Source: Dicyema japonicum
Lineage: Eukaryota; Animalia; Dicyemida
DNA length: 64,000 nucleotides
Assembly: GCA_011109175.1 (NCBI GenBank)
Contig: RDEW01000010.1
Coordinates: 893,658 to 957,657, forward strand
Direction of reading: 5' to 3'
Of the stretch, positions 23,620 through 37,049 are shown in pieces. Numbering within the stretch: the first letter of the stretch is position 1; each line of letters begins with the position of its first letter. The translations under genes were made by a program, and so were the position numbers. Under the pieces are notes generated by a model. It was not told the DNA's origin, made no database searches, and worked only from the letters and a program-made list of their open reading frames with translations.

Positions 23620-24260
23620 GGCTATTCGTGTTAGGAATGGTTGTGAAACAACTGTTTTTCACCTCTCATGACAACACCTATGAACGGTTGATGTCAAATT
23701 TGATATCTCAAACGCTTTCAACAGCGTTAGAGACGACTATCTCCTAGAGAAGTTGCGCACGCATTGCTTTAGAGATCTGGAATTTCCTATTCAAGGCAAG
23801 TTCGGAATTGCCTTTCATCTTGGAATTGACTTCTTCAAACTCCACATGTGTCGTTGTGGGGCCATGGTTGACAGGAAGGGTCTTCTTTCCTGCCGAAAGA
23901 CTACTGGGAATCTCTCCAGAGATGGTCTTAAAAGATGGGATAGAGTGAACTAGTTTTCCTTCTCAGATAAGCCTAAGGAACTTAACTGTGGAGATGGAAA
24001 GAGACAGGGGATTATGATTTTCTCATTTTCTTTTGGAAGAACTTTAGTTTGTGACCTGCATCAACGCATTCACATCGTCGAAGTACTCAGTTCTCAGAAA
24101 TCCCTTTAGTTACATCCCAATTGCCTTCTAAATCTCTACTACGGTTGGAAAATTAATAAAGGAGTCATCTACTTAATTGGGAATTTTATCACGAAGCGAT
24201 TCAGAGACTCCCGTGAACAAGTATTTTTCGACAATTCAGTAAGCAACGACGACAAACAAC
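23620..24260 (+). mobile_element. CRE-like non-LTR element, internally deleted
   Basis: NGCE..FDISNAFNSV RT start joined to LG..HMCRCG..VD..LSC, GDGKR, LVCD REL region. Confidence 0.55.
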
Positions 24261-24339
24261 GACGATTCATTAACAAAAGAGTTAAGAAGTTTTCTGAAGG
24301 GTATTACATCTGAGTCTCACCATAAGGTTCGGACTCCAC

Positions 24340-27300
24340 ACCTGGACCATTCCTTTTTTTTCTTATTAATTTTTTTTAGAACGTTTCTCCCAGCTTTATA
24401 TACGTGTCCTGAATCTTTGATCTCCTTCTGAAACTATTGATCCGATCCTCCACAATCCTGCTAATCGGTTCTAAGAGCTTGTTTTCGTCCTCGCTTAGAC
24501 AGTCTTTCACTTTCTTAGAGCTTAATTGCAGCTCTCCTAGTCTTCTCTAGAAGGATAAAATCTTCTCCCTCTTCGGAGAGAAGAACCACCCCTCGCACCC
24601 ATAAAGTAGGCTAGGAAGGATAACTCCCTTGAAGATGAACAGGTAAGTTTCGCGGCTAACGTGTAACTTCCGTGTACATAGGAGCGACTGAAAACTCTCT
24701 TTCTCCTCCCCTTTATGTCGTCCATGTAATCTCCTGCGTTTCCATAGTCGACCGCCAGGTACCGCAGACACAAAAGATCGTCCTTCCTGAAGATAATTTC
24801 TTAGCCAAACAAATAGGTATCTTGGAACACAAGCTGCTTTAACAACGCTTCATGGCATACACTGTCAAATGCTTTCGAGAATTCAAGACATAATAAGTTT
24901 ATTTGCTTCTTGGAATCCCTTGCTTTCATGATTTCAGAATTCAGTAGAAATATACAGTCTGCACAGCCTCTTCCGGGACGAAAACCCCACTGCTTCGGAA
25001 TCAGAAAGTCATTCTTTTTATATGTCTGCTTAGCCTTTTGAAAATGATACGTTCAATCACTTTCGCGAAAGAAAATATTAAGCTAATTGGTATGTAGATT
25101 GCCGGATCTCTCTTTGGCTTCCCTGGTTTTTGAATCATCCTCACAATAGCTTTCTTCCATATTAAATAGAGGTGGCCAAGTCGTAAACACCCATCATAAA
25201 GACATCGCAGATAGTCAAATTAAATATCCGGACCCTCTTTGATAAGTTTCATTGATATGTGGTCATATCCTGGAGTATTGACCTTGCATTCCCTGATAGC
25301 TGTCATCACTTCAAAGACGCTGACAGTGCTATCAGCAATAGGCAGTTCCTTGTCGGAGTGTTTAAATATATCGGCAGACACTTTCTTTTTGTCATTAGGG
25401 ATCAAACTTCACGGATCCACACCCTGATTTTTTTGAGCTGATCCCTGAATATCGAAGGTGTTTCCTCCGTTATGCATACTCACCCGTCTGGTTTATTCAA
25501 TATAATTTTTTCTGCTCCCGACTTTGGACACATTATCTTCTGATAGCATTTTCAAAAAGGGGGATTCTTCATATCAATTTTCGCGGCTTCAGCCTCTCAT
25601 ATACGATCAGTCTCCTCCTTCCATATACTGCTGATTGCTTCCTTCATCATCCTGATTCTGGCTGATATGAATTCCCCGTCTATTTGTCGACACAACGCCT
25701 CTGCTTTGCCCTTAGGCGATTCCTCTCACGAATAAGCCTCAAAATAATTGGCGACACAAAATAATGATTATTTTTTGAGAAAACCCTTCGTGCAGATAGG
25801 TGAGGATATGACTGCATCAGATTCGTTAGTTCTCGACTTGCAGTATTGATATCTCCTATGGTTAAAAACTCTCTCGGTAGAACATCTTCCATAACATCTG
25901 GCCTCACACTAATAACCAATTCTTGTGGAATATGGTCGCTCCCGATATCCCATAGAGTTTTTGGCTTTCCCACATTCACAGATAGAGCTGGCGAGACTAG
26001 GAATACGCCGAGTTTGTCGCCACCATGATAAGAAAAATGATTTGGGTCATCCGACGTAAGGATCACAAAGCAGACAATAATTTTAAACGTCGTCCATCCT
26101 GATTTGTCTCGCTACAACCATAACTAGTTTTCTTCGAATTAAGATTCCCAATTAAGATAGTTTTTTGGTTGAGGTGGTGATTTCCCTCTTTGAAAATATG
26201 TCTTCTTCGCGCTTAATTACTCGTTGTGCATTCTCTCTTGGTACTTTCAACACTCGAGGCTTGAAGTTCATCACCAAAAAACATCAACTCGCACGTGATT
26301 TATCTATCCATGGTGTCAGTATTTGCTGCATTCAAGAGACAAAGATTACAGCATATTCTATTACGAAATTGGATGATTACTAATGATCACTTTGGAGTCT
26401 GACTGCCGACATTATGGTCTTGGATTTGCGGTTCACAGGGATCTTTACGACCGTGTGACGCGTATGGGCTGTCTCGGATCGTATTGCAGTCATGCAACTG
26501 AAGTTTGGAACAAAGCCCAACTCTGTTATTTCTATCATCAATGTTTATGCTCCGACCGCTGTCCGGGCTGATGCCAATCCTGAAGAACTTGGTGCGTTTT
26601 ACTCATGTTTGACAGGGACATATGACTCACTTTCGTCGTCATATCTGACGTTTATTGGTGGAGACTGGAATGCCAGAGTTGATAAAGTACGGAATGGGGA
26701 GACTTGTATTGGATCACATGCTCGGAATCGTCGAAATTCCTCCGGTGTCTCATTGGTTCAATTCTGCGAATCCTACAACTTATTTATTACGAACACTGCT
26801 TTTGAACACCCAGCAAGACATAAGACTACCTGGACTGGTTCACGAAAGGACAAAAATGGCAACTTGATTAAAATATATAATCAAATTGATTATATCTTGT
26901 GCAGAAGAAGGAACAAAAACCTAATACGAAACTCGAGATCATACGATGGGCTTGAAACATCAAGTGATCACAAATTGGTGATCACTCGGTTCTCTTTGGG
27001 AAGTTTGTACAAACCTGGAAGATATGGAAAAACGGAATTCGAAAGATTGGATACAGAAACTCTAATAAGCAATGAAATAAAGATGAAAGAGTATGGCGAA
27101 AAACTCAGAAAGGAATTAAGCAAGATGAATACAAACAATAGTGCACAGGATTTGTGGAATGACGTTGGAGTTGCAATGAAGAATACCGCGTCGTTGGTTT
27201 TGGGGACTACTCACAAAAACAAATTCAAATATAACAACGAAGAAATATCATACTTATCTTCAGAACAAAAGAATTTGAGGATTAGAATTAATAATTCAAA

Positions 27301-29620
27301 TATACCGAGTCTAAAAAAGAGCTAAGGATAGTTCGTAACTCAATTTTAACAAAAATCAAAAAACTTCAAAAATATCAAGTAAAAAAGGAAGTGGAGGAAC
27401 AGGTCGATGAAATCAAGAAATATAAGAACGGATCCAAAATGTTCAAAGCCATTCGGATTATTAGCAAAAAGAAACGACCAGGGAATATTGTTATTCACGA
27501 CCAACATGGACGATCAGTATTGAATGTTATTGAAAAGGCGAACATAGTCTCTTCACACTACTATGACATCTTTAACAATCAAGAAATTGAAAACAAATCT
27601 CCAATAACATCAACGGCTCCTCTTAACTGCCCCATTATTATCGCGGAAACTATCAAGGCAATAGGAAAACTAAACTACAGGAAAGCGGCTGGTCCTGATA
27701 ATATACCTGCAGAGTTAATAAAATGTGGACCCACTGAATTGGGTGAAATAATCACCATCATACTCAATAAAGCATTTGAAGACAAAAACGATCTTGGAAT
27801 TGGGAGAGGATGGCTAATTCCAATACCAAAACCTGGGAAACCTAGAGGTCCGCAAACAGTCTAAGACCAATAATTCTATTATCGGTCTTACGGAAAACCC
27901 TCTCTATCATTGTATTAAATCGAATCAAAGGGAAAGTCGACAAATTCTTATCGCCTGGACAAAGCGGTTTCAGGGAAAAAAGATCAACCGCCGACATAGT
28001 ATGGACGCACAGATGGTCTGGCGCTATATGTCAGAAATACAAAAAATGCATAGAAGTTCTGGGGATCGACATGAGTCGTGCATTCGACTCTGTACACAGG
28101 GGACTACTTATTAACATTCTGAATACATTTCTAGACACGGATGATGTTAGAATTATTTCCTTGCTCCTAGAAGATACTCACCTGGCTGTCAAAATCGGAA
28201 ATACCGCTTCCAATTTTTTTAAAACCACTCGGGGAGTTCCACAAGGGGATTCGTTGTCTCCTATTCTATTTATTATTTATCTTGAGGCTGCACTGAGGGA
28301 TTTCAGATTATCCATTAAAGGACAATATTATGAGTTGATTTACGCAGACGATCTGGACTTTGTATCGGATGATTCTGAATTTCTCAAGTACATAAACGAA
28401 CATCTTCCTAACATTTTCCAAAAATGGTTCTTGATAAACACTGACAAAACGGAATTTACATCATTCAGCCGTGCAGAGAGGATATCCGACGAGACGTGGA
28501 GAAGACATAAAAGGTCGGATCGCTCTTGGGGACGAGGAAGATGTAGCTCGACGGAAAATCCTTGCATCTGGTGCTTTCAGAAGCCTATCTAAAATATGGA
28601 GTTCGGGAAGAAGACTTTGTGGAAAAATAAAGCTTATGATATACAAATACTTTGTTGTGCCCATCCTAATATATAACTGTGGGACATGGGGTTTGTCTAA
28701 ACGGGCAATGGAGTCTATTGACAGTTTCGACCGCAGTATGCTTCGGAAGGCACTTAATATTCACTACAAAATGAAGATCAAAAACGAACAATTATATAAG
28801 TTGAGCAAAACAGAACCATTATCTATGGAAATCAGAAGATCGAGATGGAGACTGTTTGGTCACATTCTGAGGATGGACATGGATGTCCCGGCAAATCACG
28901 TAATAGATGAATATTTCATAGAAAAAACAAAATCATTCCGAGGAAGGCCTAGAAAACCTTACCTATCACGCTATATGAAGACCTAAAAGCCATAGACAGG
29001 GAGTTGAAAACAATGGATGACCTCTATGAACTAAGAGATCTTGCGAAACGGAGAGGCCTTCGGATTCGATTGGTGCAAAGGGTGGCCGGCGCGGCACAAG
29101 GGAACCTTAATCGACTTTTGTTTTTTATGTGTTCTCGGCAGTGCTGATAATAATAAATAATAATTAAATAGTATAGGGATTCTTGTTGTAGAACTCAGTG
29201 ATATCTGTAGAACAAGTCTCAAGATTCTTGGAGTATATACATCCAACACTAATCCATACTCCGTCGCAACAAACGTCCATGCTTACAAATTCACACAATA
29301 CATCACAAACGACTTTTGGATTACAAATTTAAAGGCAGTCCCGGTAGAAAATAGACGTTCCCGCACCAGCAACTGCTCCAGCCTTCCATAAAACGTCCAC
29401 AGAATTGTATCCAGTCATTATATTACTCTTCGCTTTCTTTAATTTCGTCTCATAGACCACCAAGATGTCGATCTTTGAAGCCCTCTCAAGTAGTGCTAGT
29501 TCATTATGCCTTTTCCATAGAGATCGGGCATTCACACTCACTATTTTTAGTCCTTGCTTCAAACATTTGGATGACTTTGCTTCTTAAAGCCAAGGTCACC
29601 ATCGATTATCTGTCTTATCT
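24340..29620 (-). mobile_element. Family B Jockey/I-group LINE ORF2, split by the RTE at 26162-29161
   Basis: VNARSL/ETK at 29329-29562 rejoins GNLNSK at 26140; DIGSDH, PGYDHI, KAFDSV; heavily degraded. Confidence 0.8.
26162..29161 (+). mobile_element. Full-length RTE LINE, frameshifted
   Basis: TFNTRG, QETK, GGDWNA, SDH, SRAFDS, PQGDSLSP, YADD, RWRLFGH, GRPR; TAA tail; TSD AATTAAGATAGT (26150-26161) vs AATTAA-ATAGT (29162-29172). Confidence 0.9.
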
Positions 29621-30679
29621 GTCAGATAAAGACGATGTGAAGGAATTTTGCGATAGATCTCGATAATTTTATATTACTGATATCGGATCCGGCGGTATAT
29701 GGTAGCTGTCGCACAAGTATTGAAGGCTTTATACACGAATTTGCATCATATAACAAATGTTCTTCATCTTCTTGTCTAAAATAAGAGGATAATTTAAGGA
29801 TGTGGATTTTGTTGAGAAGTTTTTCTTTATTGGAAAAATTATTATCTAAAGAACGAAATTTTAAAAAAGAAAACGTCTCTAATTACATTATTCTATATTT
29901 TAGCACTCTTTTCCCATGGGAGAGTGTCAAATACCTTCCCTGGGACGCCACCTGTGTGGATTGCATCTCTCCTTCCAGTCTCTCAAAGACAGCAACTGAC
30001 TCAGGCTCAGCTTCGGAGAAGGTTGAGATCCTAAAGATAAAAAATACGCATGTCTTGGAGGACAATTATCTTCGAACCAGTGGCAGTTGAAACGTCATGA
30101 ATAATTAGAAGCAGGTCACTGACCCTGCTAAACAGGATCGGCTCGCTCATCGCGAAGAAGGAAAACGATAGGAGAGAAGGAGCTGGCTCATTGGGCGCAT
30201 TTCTTTGCAAATCGTAAGGGAAATGCGTTTTCAATTATGAGAGCAGCCAGCAGTTGCTAACTGTTAGTTTTGGCGTTTTTCTTTTGTAAAAAATAAAAAT
30301 TTTTAAATATTTATTTATCAAACAATAAGTAAAAGTAATTCTTTTATAACTCAATCTTCTGTTCTTGTGGAAATTACTGCCCAAGGTAGGATTAAACCAA
30401 CGACCTTTATACCTTCAGTTAAAGTTCTTCCGCTGAGATACTTGAGTAAGATTTTGATTAGTTTTTTGTCATATTAAAAAAAATTTGAAGCCAAAAAGGT
30501 CAAAATTTGGAATTTTTAAAGTCAATTTTTAATGTCAAAATTACCGATTTATAAAGTCAAAAATTGCCCTAATGATGACTCGTACATACAATATGAAATG
30601 TTATTTACCATCAGGCTTCGACGTCTGATCTATTGACATGGTGTATGTATTATTACTAAAACACTATTCAAGAAATAAT

Positions 30680-30880
30680 AGTCATTAAGATTTCTCTTGT
30701 TTCCAGATCTGACCGACCAATCTTGTGCTCTCTTATAGATATTTTCAAAATTTCCCCTGGTTAACAACATTTTTATTTTCGATAGATTATAGTCGAGGGA
30801 AGTAGTTAAGATCATTCTTGGTCTTCCTTGATATTTTCCCACTAATTTCTGCTGTGAAATAACTTTATAGATGAATACGT
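30680..30880 (-). mobile_element. RTE C-terminal remnant
   Basis: YQGRPRMILTTSL..AQDW resembles RTE GRPRTTL..ADR..W. Confidence 0.4.
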
Positions 30881-31629
30881 TCAATTTTCAGAGTTTTTAC
30901 TGATTTTTAGAATTATCTCAGATAAAATAATTTTTGATTAATACAATCTTTTGATAAATAGGCACACATTTGATAATTGGTGTTGAATTTTTTCAATTCA
31001 TCATTTACCGAGAAAATTAAACTTGAATATAGACATTCTAAATTGAGAAATCAAATGAATAACCAAATAATACATCCCATTGACCTGACGCCATCCCCAT
31101 CGAAATACCTATTATGTTTGGTGAAGTATTTCGGTATATTAACCACTAAGAGAATACTTATTGGTCTGAAATTAAATAAAAAAATCAAGAAACATAGTAA
31201 ACCAATCTAACTAATGCCATCTAAACTTGTTTGAATAACACCCTCATTTTGACCCAATGCTCATTCCTCGAGCTAATATAAGCACGTGTTGGGTTAAGAA
31301 CCCTATTAATATCGTATGACGGAAGATCCCACGATTTTGCCAGTCAGGGATTCCAAAAAAATAATGAGCGGCAGTTCTTTCTAAAAGTCAATCACTTTTT
31401 CATTCTGTACGCCATTTTCATAGCTGCAATCTTTTGAGCATCTGTCCATGATATTTATACTTATAGGGATTCTCGACCATTAGCGTCATTTTCCCGATCA
31501 ATCTAATCATTAACATTGAGATAGAGGTAAATAAATTTTTTGGATAAAAAAATCTTAAAACTCACAGAGGTCAGATTTCAGTATTTTAAAGATATGTGGA
31601 AGATCTGTTTCAGGATCTTCTGCCTATAT

Positions 31630-31850
31630 TCCTGTAGGGGTCATTAGAACCAGAAATTGAATCAATGAATAATTTTTCTGAAATCCTTAAATAATTTTTG
31701 TTATTAAGAGAGAATTGAAGACCCGATCTTTATTTTTGATAATGTATGTATTCACCAGTATACGGACATTAAAGAGTTGATTGAAAAAGAAACCTCCATA
31801 TTCCATATTTACCCTCTTACTTACCATTTCTCAATCCAATTGAGAATTTT
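31630..31850 (+). mobile_element. IS630/Tc1-like DDE transposase remnant
   Basis: IFIFDNVCIH followed by frameshifted PSYLPFLNPIENF (second D and E motifs). Confidence 0.5.
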
Positions 31851-32683
31851 AGCACATAGAAAAAGTATGTTTCCAGAAAAGGGGCTGAAAATGATGAAAA
31901 ATTAAAAAGGTTGTTTTACCCTTAAAAATTTTTTAGCCTTAAAAAAATTTAGTGACGCTATTTTTTATAATAATAATATGTCAAGGCGCTACGCGTTACA
32001 TAATGCTAGAATTTACAATTTCAAGCATTTTTATAAAACTTTACCCATGTTTTTTCTTATTTATTATATTTAAAATGAAAAAATTCCAACTTAAATATTT
32101 TTGGGAGGCGAAACAATTTTTAAATTTTAAATAGCATAAGGCATGTTTTATAAAGTTAAGCTGATGGCTCTGTGTTTTGTTAAAACAACCCAGAAATATC
32201 ATGATATAATGAAAATATTGGAAGAAAAGGGGGTCGATCTAATGAAAAGACAAAAAAATCAGAATATTTTAAGAAAGTGAATAAAAAAATGGATGTACAT
32301 CAATCCAAATATTCATTTATTATTGGTGATAAGGTAATTCTAATTTATTAACATTTGTAAAAAAGGTCAGAGTTATGAAAGATTTTGGGACTAATCCATA
32401 TTTACCCTTTCAAAATTTGAGTCTCCATATGGTGAAAGTGTAATAATAATAATTTTTACATGATCTTAATCTTAAATTAATAAAAAAAACTTTTTTCCCA
32501 ATATCTTTGTTAAGAAGCGTTTGCAGCTCTGGGAAATACCCAATAAACCTCATTCCAAAATCGGCCAGATTATTCTCGTAGATTTTTACTTCGGACTTAA
32601 CGTTAAAACTCAGCCAGAAGCATTTATAATTGTTTTTATATATAGTAAAAAATAATTTGTAAACAAAATATAGTTATAAATTT

Positions 32684-33795
32684 TTTTGGTGAGGTGGTTA
32701 CGTGCCTCGTTTCTTAATTGAATAAAAGTTGAGAAAAATATCTAAAAAGCTAAGGGTACAAAGGGATGCATCTCGTCTAAAGCTCTTTACGTTCAATGCT
32801 AGAGGCTTATCTACGACCTGGTCGAGGAAGATTCTCTGTGACGACTTGGAGAGATACGACGTATCCATTGGGTGCCTACAAGAGACGAATGTTACTTGTA
32901 GTCTTGATGAGAACTATGGCGAATATCGAATAATTTGTCTACCGAGTGACTCAAAATATTATGGACTTGGATTTGCCATCCACTCAAAGTTTCCGACTTC
33001 CACGACTTCTATTCAACACTGTTACGGACGTACAACGAATATGAGTCGTCATCACTAATACTCATTGCTGGGAATTTGAATGCAAAAGTCGGTATGAAGA
33101 ATAACCCGGATGATGTTTTCTTGGGAGAACATGGACGTGGAATAAGAAATTTACCCGGGACAATACTTGGTCACTTTTGTATGGCAAACAACCTTTTCCT
33201 ATGTAATACTGCATTTACGCATCCTGCCTGCCACAAAATTACGTAGATGGGGAAGCGAAGAAACTCATAGGGAAAGCTGGTCCCAATATACAAAATAGAT
33301 TATTTCATATGCCGGGCTAAAGACAAACACCTTCTAATAAATGCACTTTCATTTGAATGCTCGACGACTGTCAGCGCTTAACCCTGAAAAAACATGCCAT
33401 CAAATAAAAAAGTGTCAAAAATCACGAATTTGAAAAAGTCAGAGACGACTACGCGACTGAAAGGCTAATTTCCAAACCGGAGACTATCGAGAGATATTAA
33501 CAATACATTCAGACTCATTTGCAAGACGTATTGGTGGACACCTCGTTAGAAGACTCCTGGAAACGCACAAAGGATGCGATCAACGAAGCAGCTGAGGCAT
33601 CTCTTGGCAAAAGGGAGAATAGTAAAATGCACCTGAAGGCTATTCATCCAGAAGTTCCTGAGCTTGCGAAAAGTTTAAAAGAAATAAACATGAGAAAATC
33701 AAATGCCACTGACGCCAATACGAGAAAAGCCCTTCAGGGCGAATGGCAACGTGTCAGAAGAAAAATAAAAAGTCTGAACAAGAAGCTTTTCCTAG
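32684..33795 (+). mobile_element. RTE LINE 5' portion (APE), 3'-deleted
   Basis: Same 5' terminus as the RTE at 5135; TFNARG, CLQET, AGNLNAK, FTHPACHK. Confidence 0.85.
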
Positions 33796-34939
33796 AAGTA
33801 ATATTTTATAACTTGATCTATTTGAACTACGGAACTTTTTATAATTTTTTCAACAATAAATGACTTTTAAACACTTATCCCTTGATGACATATCTGTATT
33901 AAAGAAGTCGTATTTTTTGGATATTATGTCGATGCTTGAATATTGGATAAAAACAGACAAGTTGCATTATCCATCAGTAATGTTATTTTTATTCTTTCCT
34001 CTCGTTTCTTTGTTAATACGAGATAGCCAATTTTCAAAAATACTTTTTGTCATCAAACCTTTGGAAGCATCTTATTTAGTGCCAATGGCATTAGATTTAT
34101 TACTCTCAATCCTCCGGGCGACCTTGATTTTTATCAGCTGATCGTGTTTCTTCTTAAAGATTTTGAATTTTATATGAAATTGTTTTTTAGATCGGAAAAC
34201 CAGCCATGCAATAAATTATTTCTTAGAATGCCTATTATCAATTTTACAAGCACAAGTTTAATTTGGTCCATTAATCGAAAAACCTTTGAAATTTAGAGAA
34301 CGAAAAATTTCATAAACTTCCGTATTTAATTGGTTCTCATTTACCTAATTTGACGTAGAGCAGCCTTCACATAGGATTTCTTCCCTTTTCTGTTAGGCTT
34401 CCTTTAGAGATGCCATACATCTCACAAATAAATTCATATTTATACAGATCTGACTGTATTTTAGTACATATTCAAATTTTTCTCATTTTGATTTAACTGA
34501 CTGTTCATACCCCTTATAAATTTTCTAAGACAAATTTAAAAATTAAGAATTATCATTACTTATAAGANCACATGGGATTTCTTCCCTTTTCAATCAGGCT
34601 TGTTTTAGAGATGCCATATTTCTCACAAATAAATGCATATTTATACAGATCTGACTGTATTTTAGTACATATTCAAATTTTTCTCATTTTGATTTAACTG
34701 ACTTTTCATACCCTTTATAAATTTTCTAAGACAAATTTAAAAATTAAGAATTAGCATTACTTATAAGATTGAACAAGCTTTTAAACAAATATGTTAGTCT
34801 TTCGTTACTAATTTCCAATTTGAGGGTTTACAAAATCCTTTTCACGAGAGCCATAATATTTATAGGCAGGACACACATTCTATTTAAGTAAAAAACAGTT
34901 AATTTTAACTAATCGTAAAACCAAGGAATGATCTTCACT

Positions 34940-35125
34940 ACTTTTTTTTCTTGTGTGTGGGTCCTTTCTAGAGAATCCAGTTCCGCAGTGAGTATCCACG
35001 TCACTCGTCAAATCCTTTTAGCATCGTAGATGCGTGGAACCTTCCACCAGGTGAACAGCAGCGAAAATCGAACCCGTAACCTAAGTCATTTTAGCCCGAC
35101 ACCTAACCACTATGCCACTCGGCTC
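34940..35125 (-). mobile_element. tRNA-derived SINE
   Basis: Head GCCGAGTGGCATAGTGGTTAGG (A box) ..GGGTTCGAT (B box), unrelated body, A-tail at about 34942-34950. Confidence 0.6.
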
Positions 35126-35199
35126 GGGGTTTATTACAAAAAAAATTTCACTATTACTATTGAAATGATAAAATCTCCACAAAATCAAGATTTTCCCTA

Positions 35200-36330
35200 A
35201 AAGAAGGTCGGACTGTAAAGGTACTACGGAGGGTTGTCTGTAAGTGTACAATAAAATATCCAGTCCGTACTTTTGTAGTTAAATTGTTTAGAAAACCTCC
35301 ACCAGTTAAAGTATCTCTCATGATATTCAGAAGAATGACATTGTGGTCGCTTTTTGAGTTGTAAGTGACCGATCAGGTCTATATTGCTGCTTAGCCGGGA
35401 AAACAAAGCGTGATTTCTGGAGAAGTTAGTTGGTGTGACTTCTTGAAAGCGGTTCTTGTATGTTTTGACGGGTCTTTCATAACCGTGAAAAGTCCTGTCT
35501 TCGATAGTAGTAATTTTCCTTTGTATTGGATGGTTAACTCGCCTTCCATAGAAAGTGTTTGGCGTTGATGTCCCCACCAATGATCACATCATTCAAAAAA
35601 ACCAAAGTGGATAAATTGGGCATAGCGTAGTACTTCGGACAACACAAGGTAATATTTCTATATTTTGTTCCTAGTGAGATTTCGTTGACTTCAGCAACAT
35701 CATCGTCTCCCAAGATATTCTTCACCACTTAAGTAATTTCCACACATTTATGGTCTTTCCGATAGAAATGGGTAGGTCACCACTTCGCTTCTTCTTCCGG
35801 TTAGTCCGTATTGATTTGTATCCAGGAAACGGCTGGGTAGGACTGTTTAATGAGAGTTTCGCCTTTTTAATCAAAGCCACGTCGATCTTCAGCTCCGCCA
35901 GGAGAGAATGCAGTTCCAATATTTTGTCCCTCACTCCTTTGACGTTTGGTTGTAGGACCGTTGTCCATTTCATAGGTTCCTTCTGGGAAGTTGTAAATGA
36001 AAGTGCGTTCCGCCTGGGAGACAGTATCCTCGGAGGTAAATGTTTAATGCACTTTTTATGTATTGATTCTAGGATGGCTTATATCTTTCATACTACTAAG
36101 AGGCATTCCAGTATATTGACCCTCTCATTTGTTTGAGGTAAGAAGGGTTCTAACTGATTTTTCCGAACTCGTCAATTCTCCATAAACGAAAGTTTGAGTC
36201 AACCCAAGCATTGTTAAATTTCCTGTAAGCATCCTGGTTGTCCCGATCGCGTGAGGCCAAGAATATGTCGTCAACATAAGTTAGCATGATATTAATTTCA
36301 ACTCCCGGTATAAGGATGTCGGCCAGAAAT
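35200..36330 (-). mobile_element. Scrambled family A LINE fragments (APE N-terminus at 35200-35975; RT piece at 36000-36330)
   Basis: QPNVKG..IDVALI..PFPGY, GGDINAKH; NLFLADI..YVDD. Confidence 0.6.
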
Positions 36331-36457
36331 AAGTTGTATCATCAATTAGGCTTTCCAGAATAGATAGTTGAGTTGGTGAAGTTCCAGAGTCGCTTATGTA
36401 AGCAGGATAAATAAATCTTGAAAAATCGATAAAAAGTTAATATTTTGAAAATAATAA

Positions 36458-36937
36458 TCAAATTTTCCTACATCTTCTCTTTGGCAGTGGTCTGTCTCCA
36501 AGTAAATTACGGGGACATTCATAACTGGTGTGTCCAGAGCACTTACAAATAAATCAAAATCAGACCCCACATTCAAAACAGACCTGACAATCTGTGTAAG
36601 TCCTGTGTTGTGAGAACTCTTCTCCTCTCCCGTTATCATTGGCCAGTCTGCATTTCAAAGTTCCGTTAAGACACTAATGTGTTTGCGGAAATTAACTAGT
36701 TTGTTGTCCAGTTTAATAATAGCCTTCTGGGCTGATTTTGCTTTATTGAAACAAACGAAGGCGACTCCCTCACTCTTTCGAGTTACTTTGTCCTTCAAAA
36801 TGGTGATCCTGTGGTTTATGTAAATAATACTTATTGATCTTTCCGTATTTTGATAATATTTGATGCAAGTCGTTGTTTGTAAGACAAAATGGCAGATTTG
36901 ATAAATAAATTACAGAATTGCTAGCACTTTGACTCAT
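36458..36937 (-). CDS. ZCRB1: U11/U12 snRNP 31-kDa protein (RRM + CCHC knuckle), 4 exons, 136 aa, intact
   Basis: Spliced product [65 protein letters not shown]; introns 36809-36830, 36674-36696, 36542-36565; frame is continuous. Confidence 0.88.
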
Positions 36938-37049
36938 TTATTTTAAATAGTTAATTATTCTATATATATAATTTAAATAGTTAATTATTATATATATTAT
37001 ATATTAAGAAAAGCGGATGAAACAGAATTTTTTTCTGCTCCAAATACTG

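Noticed and set aside
26162-26185. RTE 5' motif as a reverse-transcribed spliced leader
   Set aside because: GAG|GT resembles an SL donor, but no SL-RNA hairpins or Sm site follow; kept only as a promoter-like candidate
29650-30240. Possible host genes in coding-like DNA (also 1-1000, 6700-7380, 15240-16100, 31250-31500, 33860-34141, 63400-64000)
   Set aside because: No consistent mini-intron model or recognisable motif could be built by eye, so not called
34370-34770. Apparent tandem duplications around single Ns (34568, 41134, 46763, 59997, 61901)
   Set aside because: Each is a near-copy on both sides of a one-base gap, typical of unmerged contig or haplotype overlaps; treated as assembly artefacts, not biological repeats
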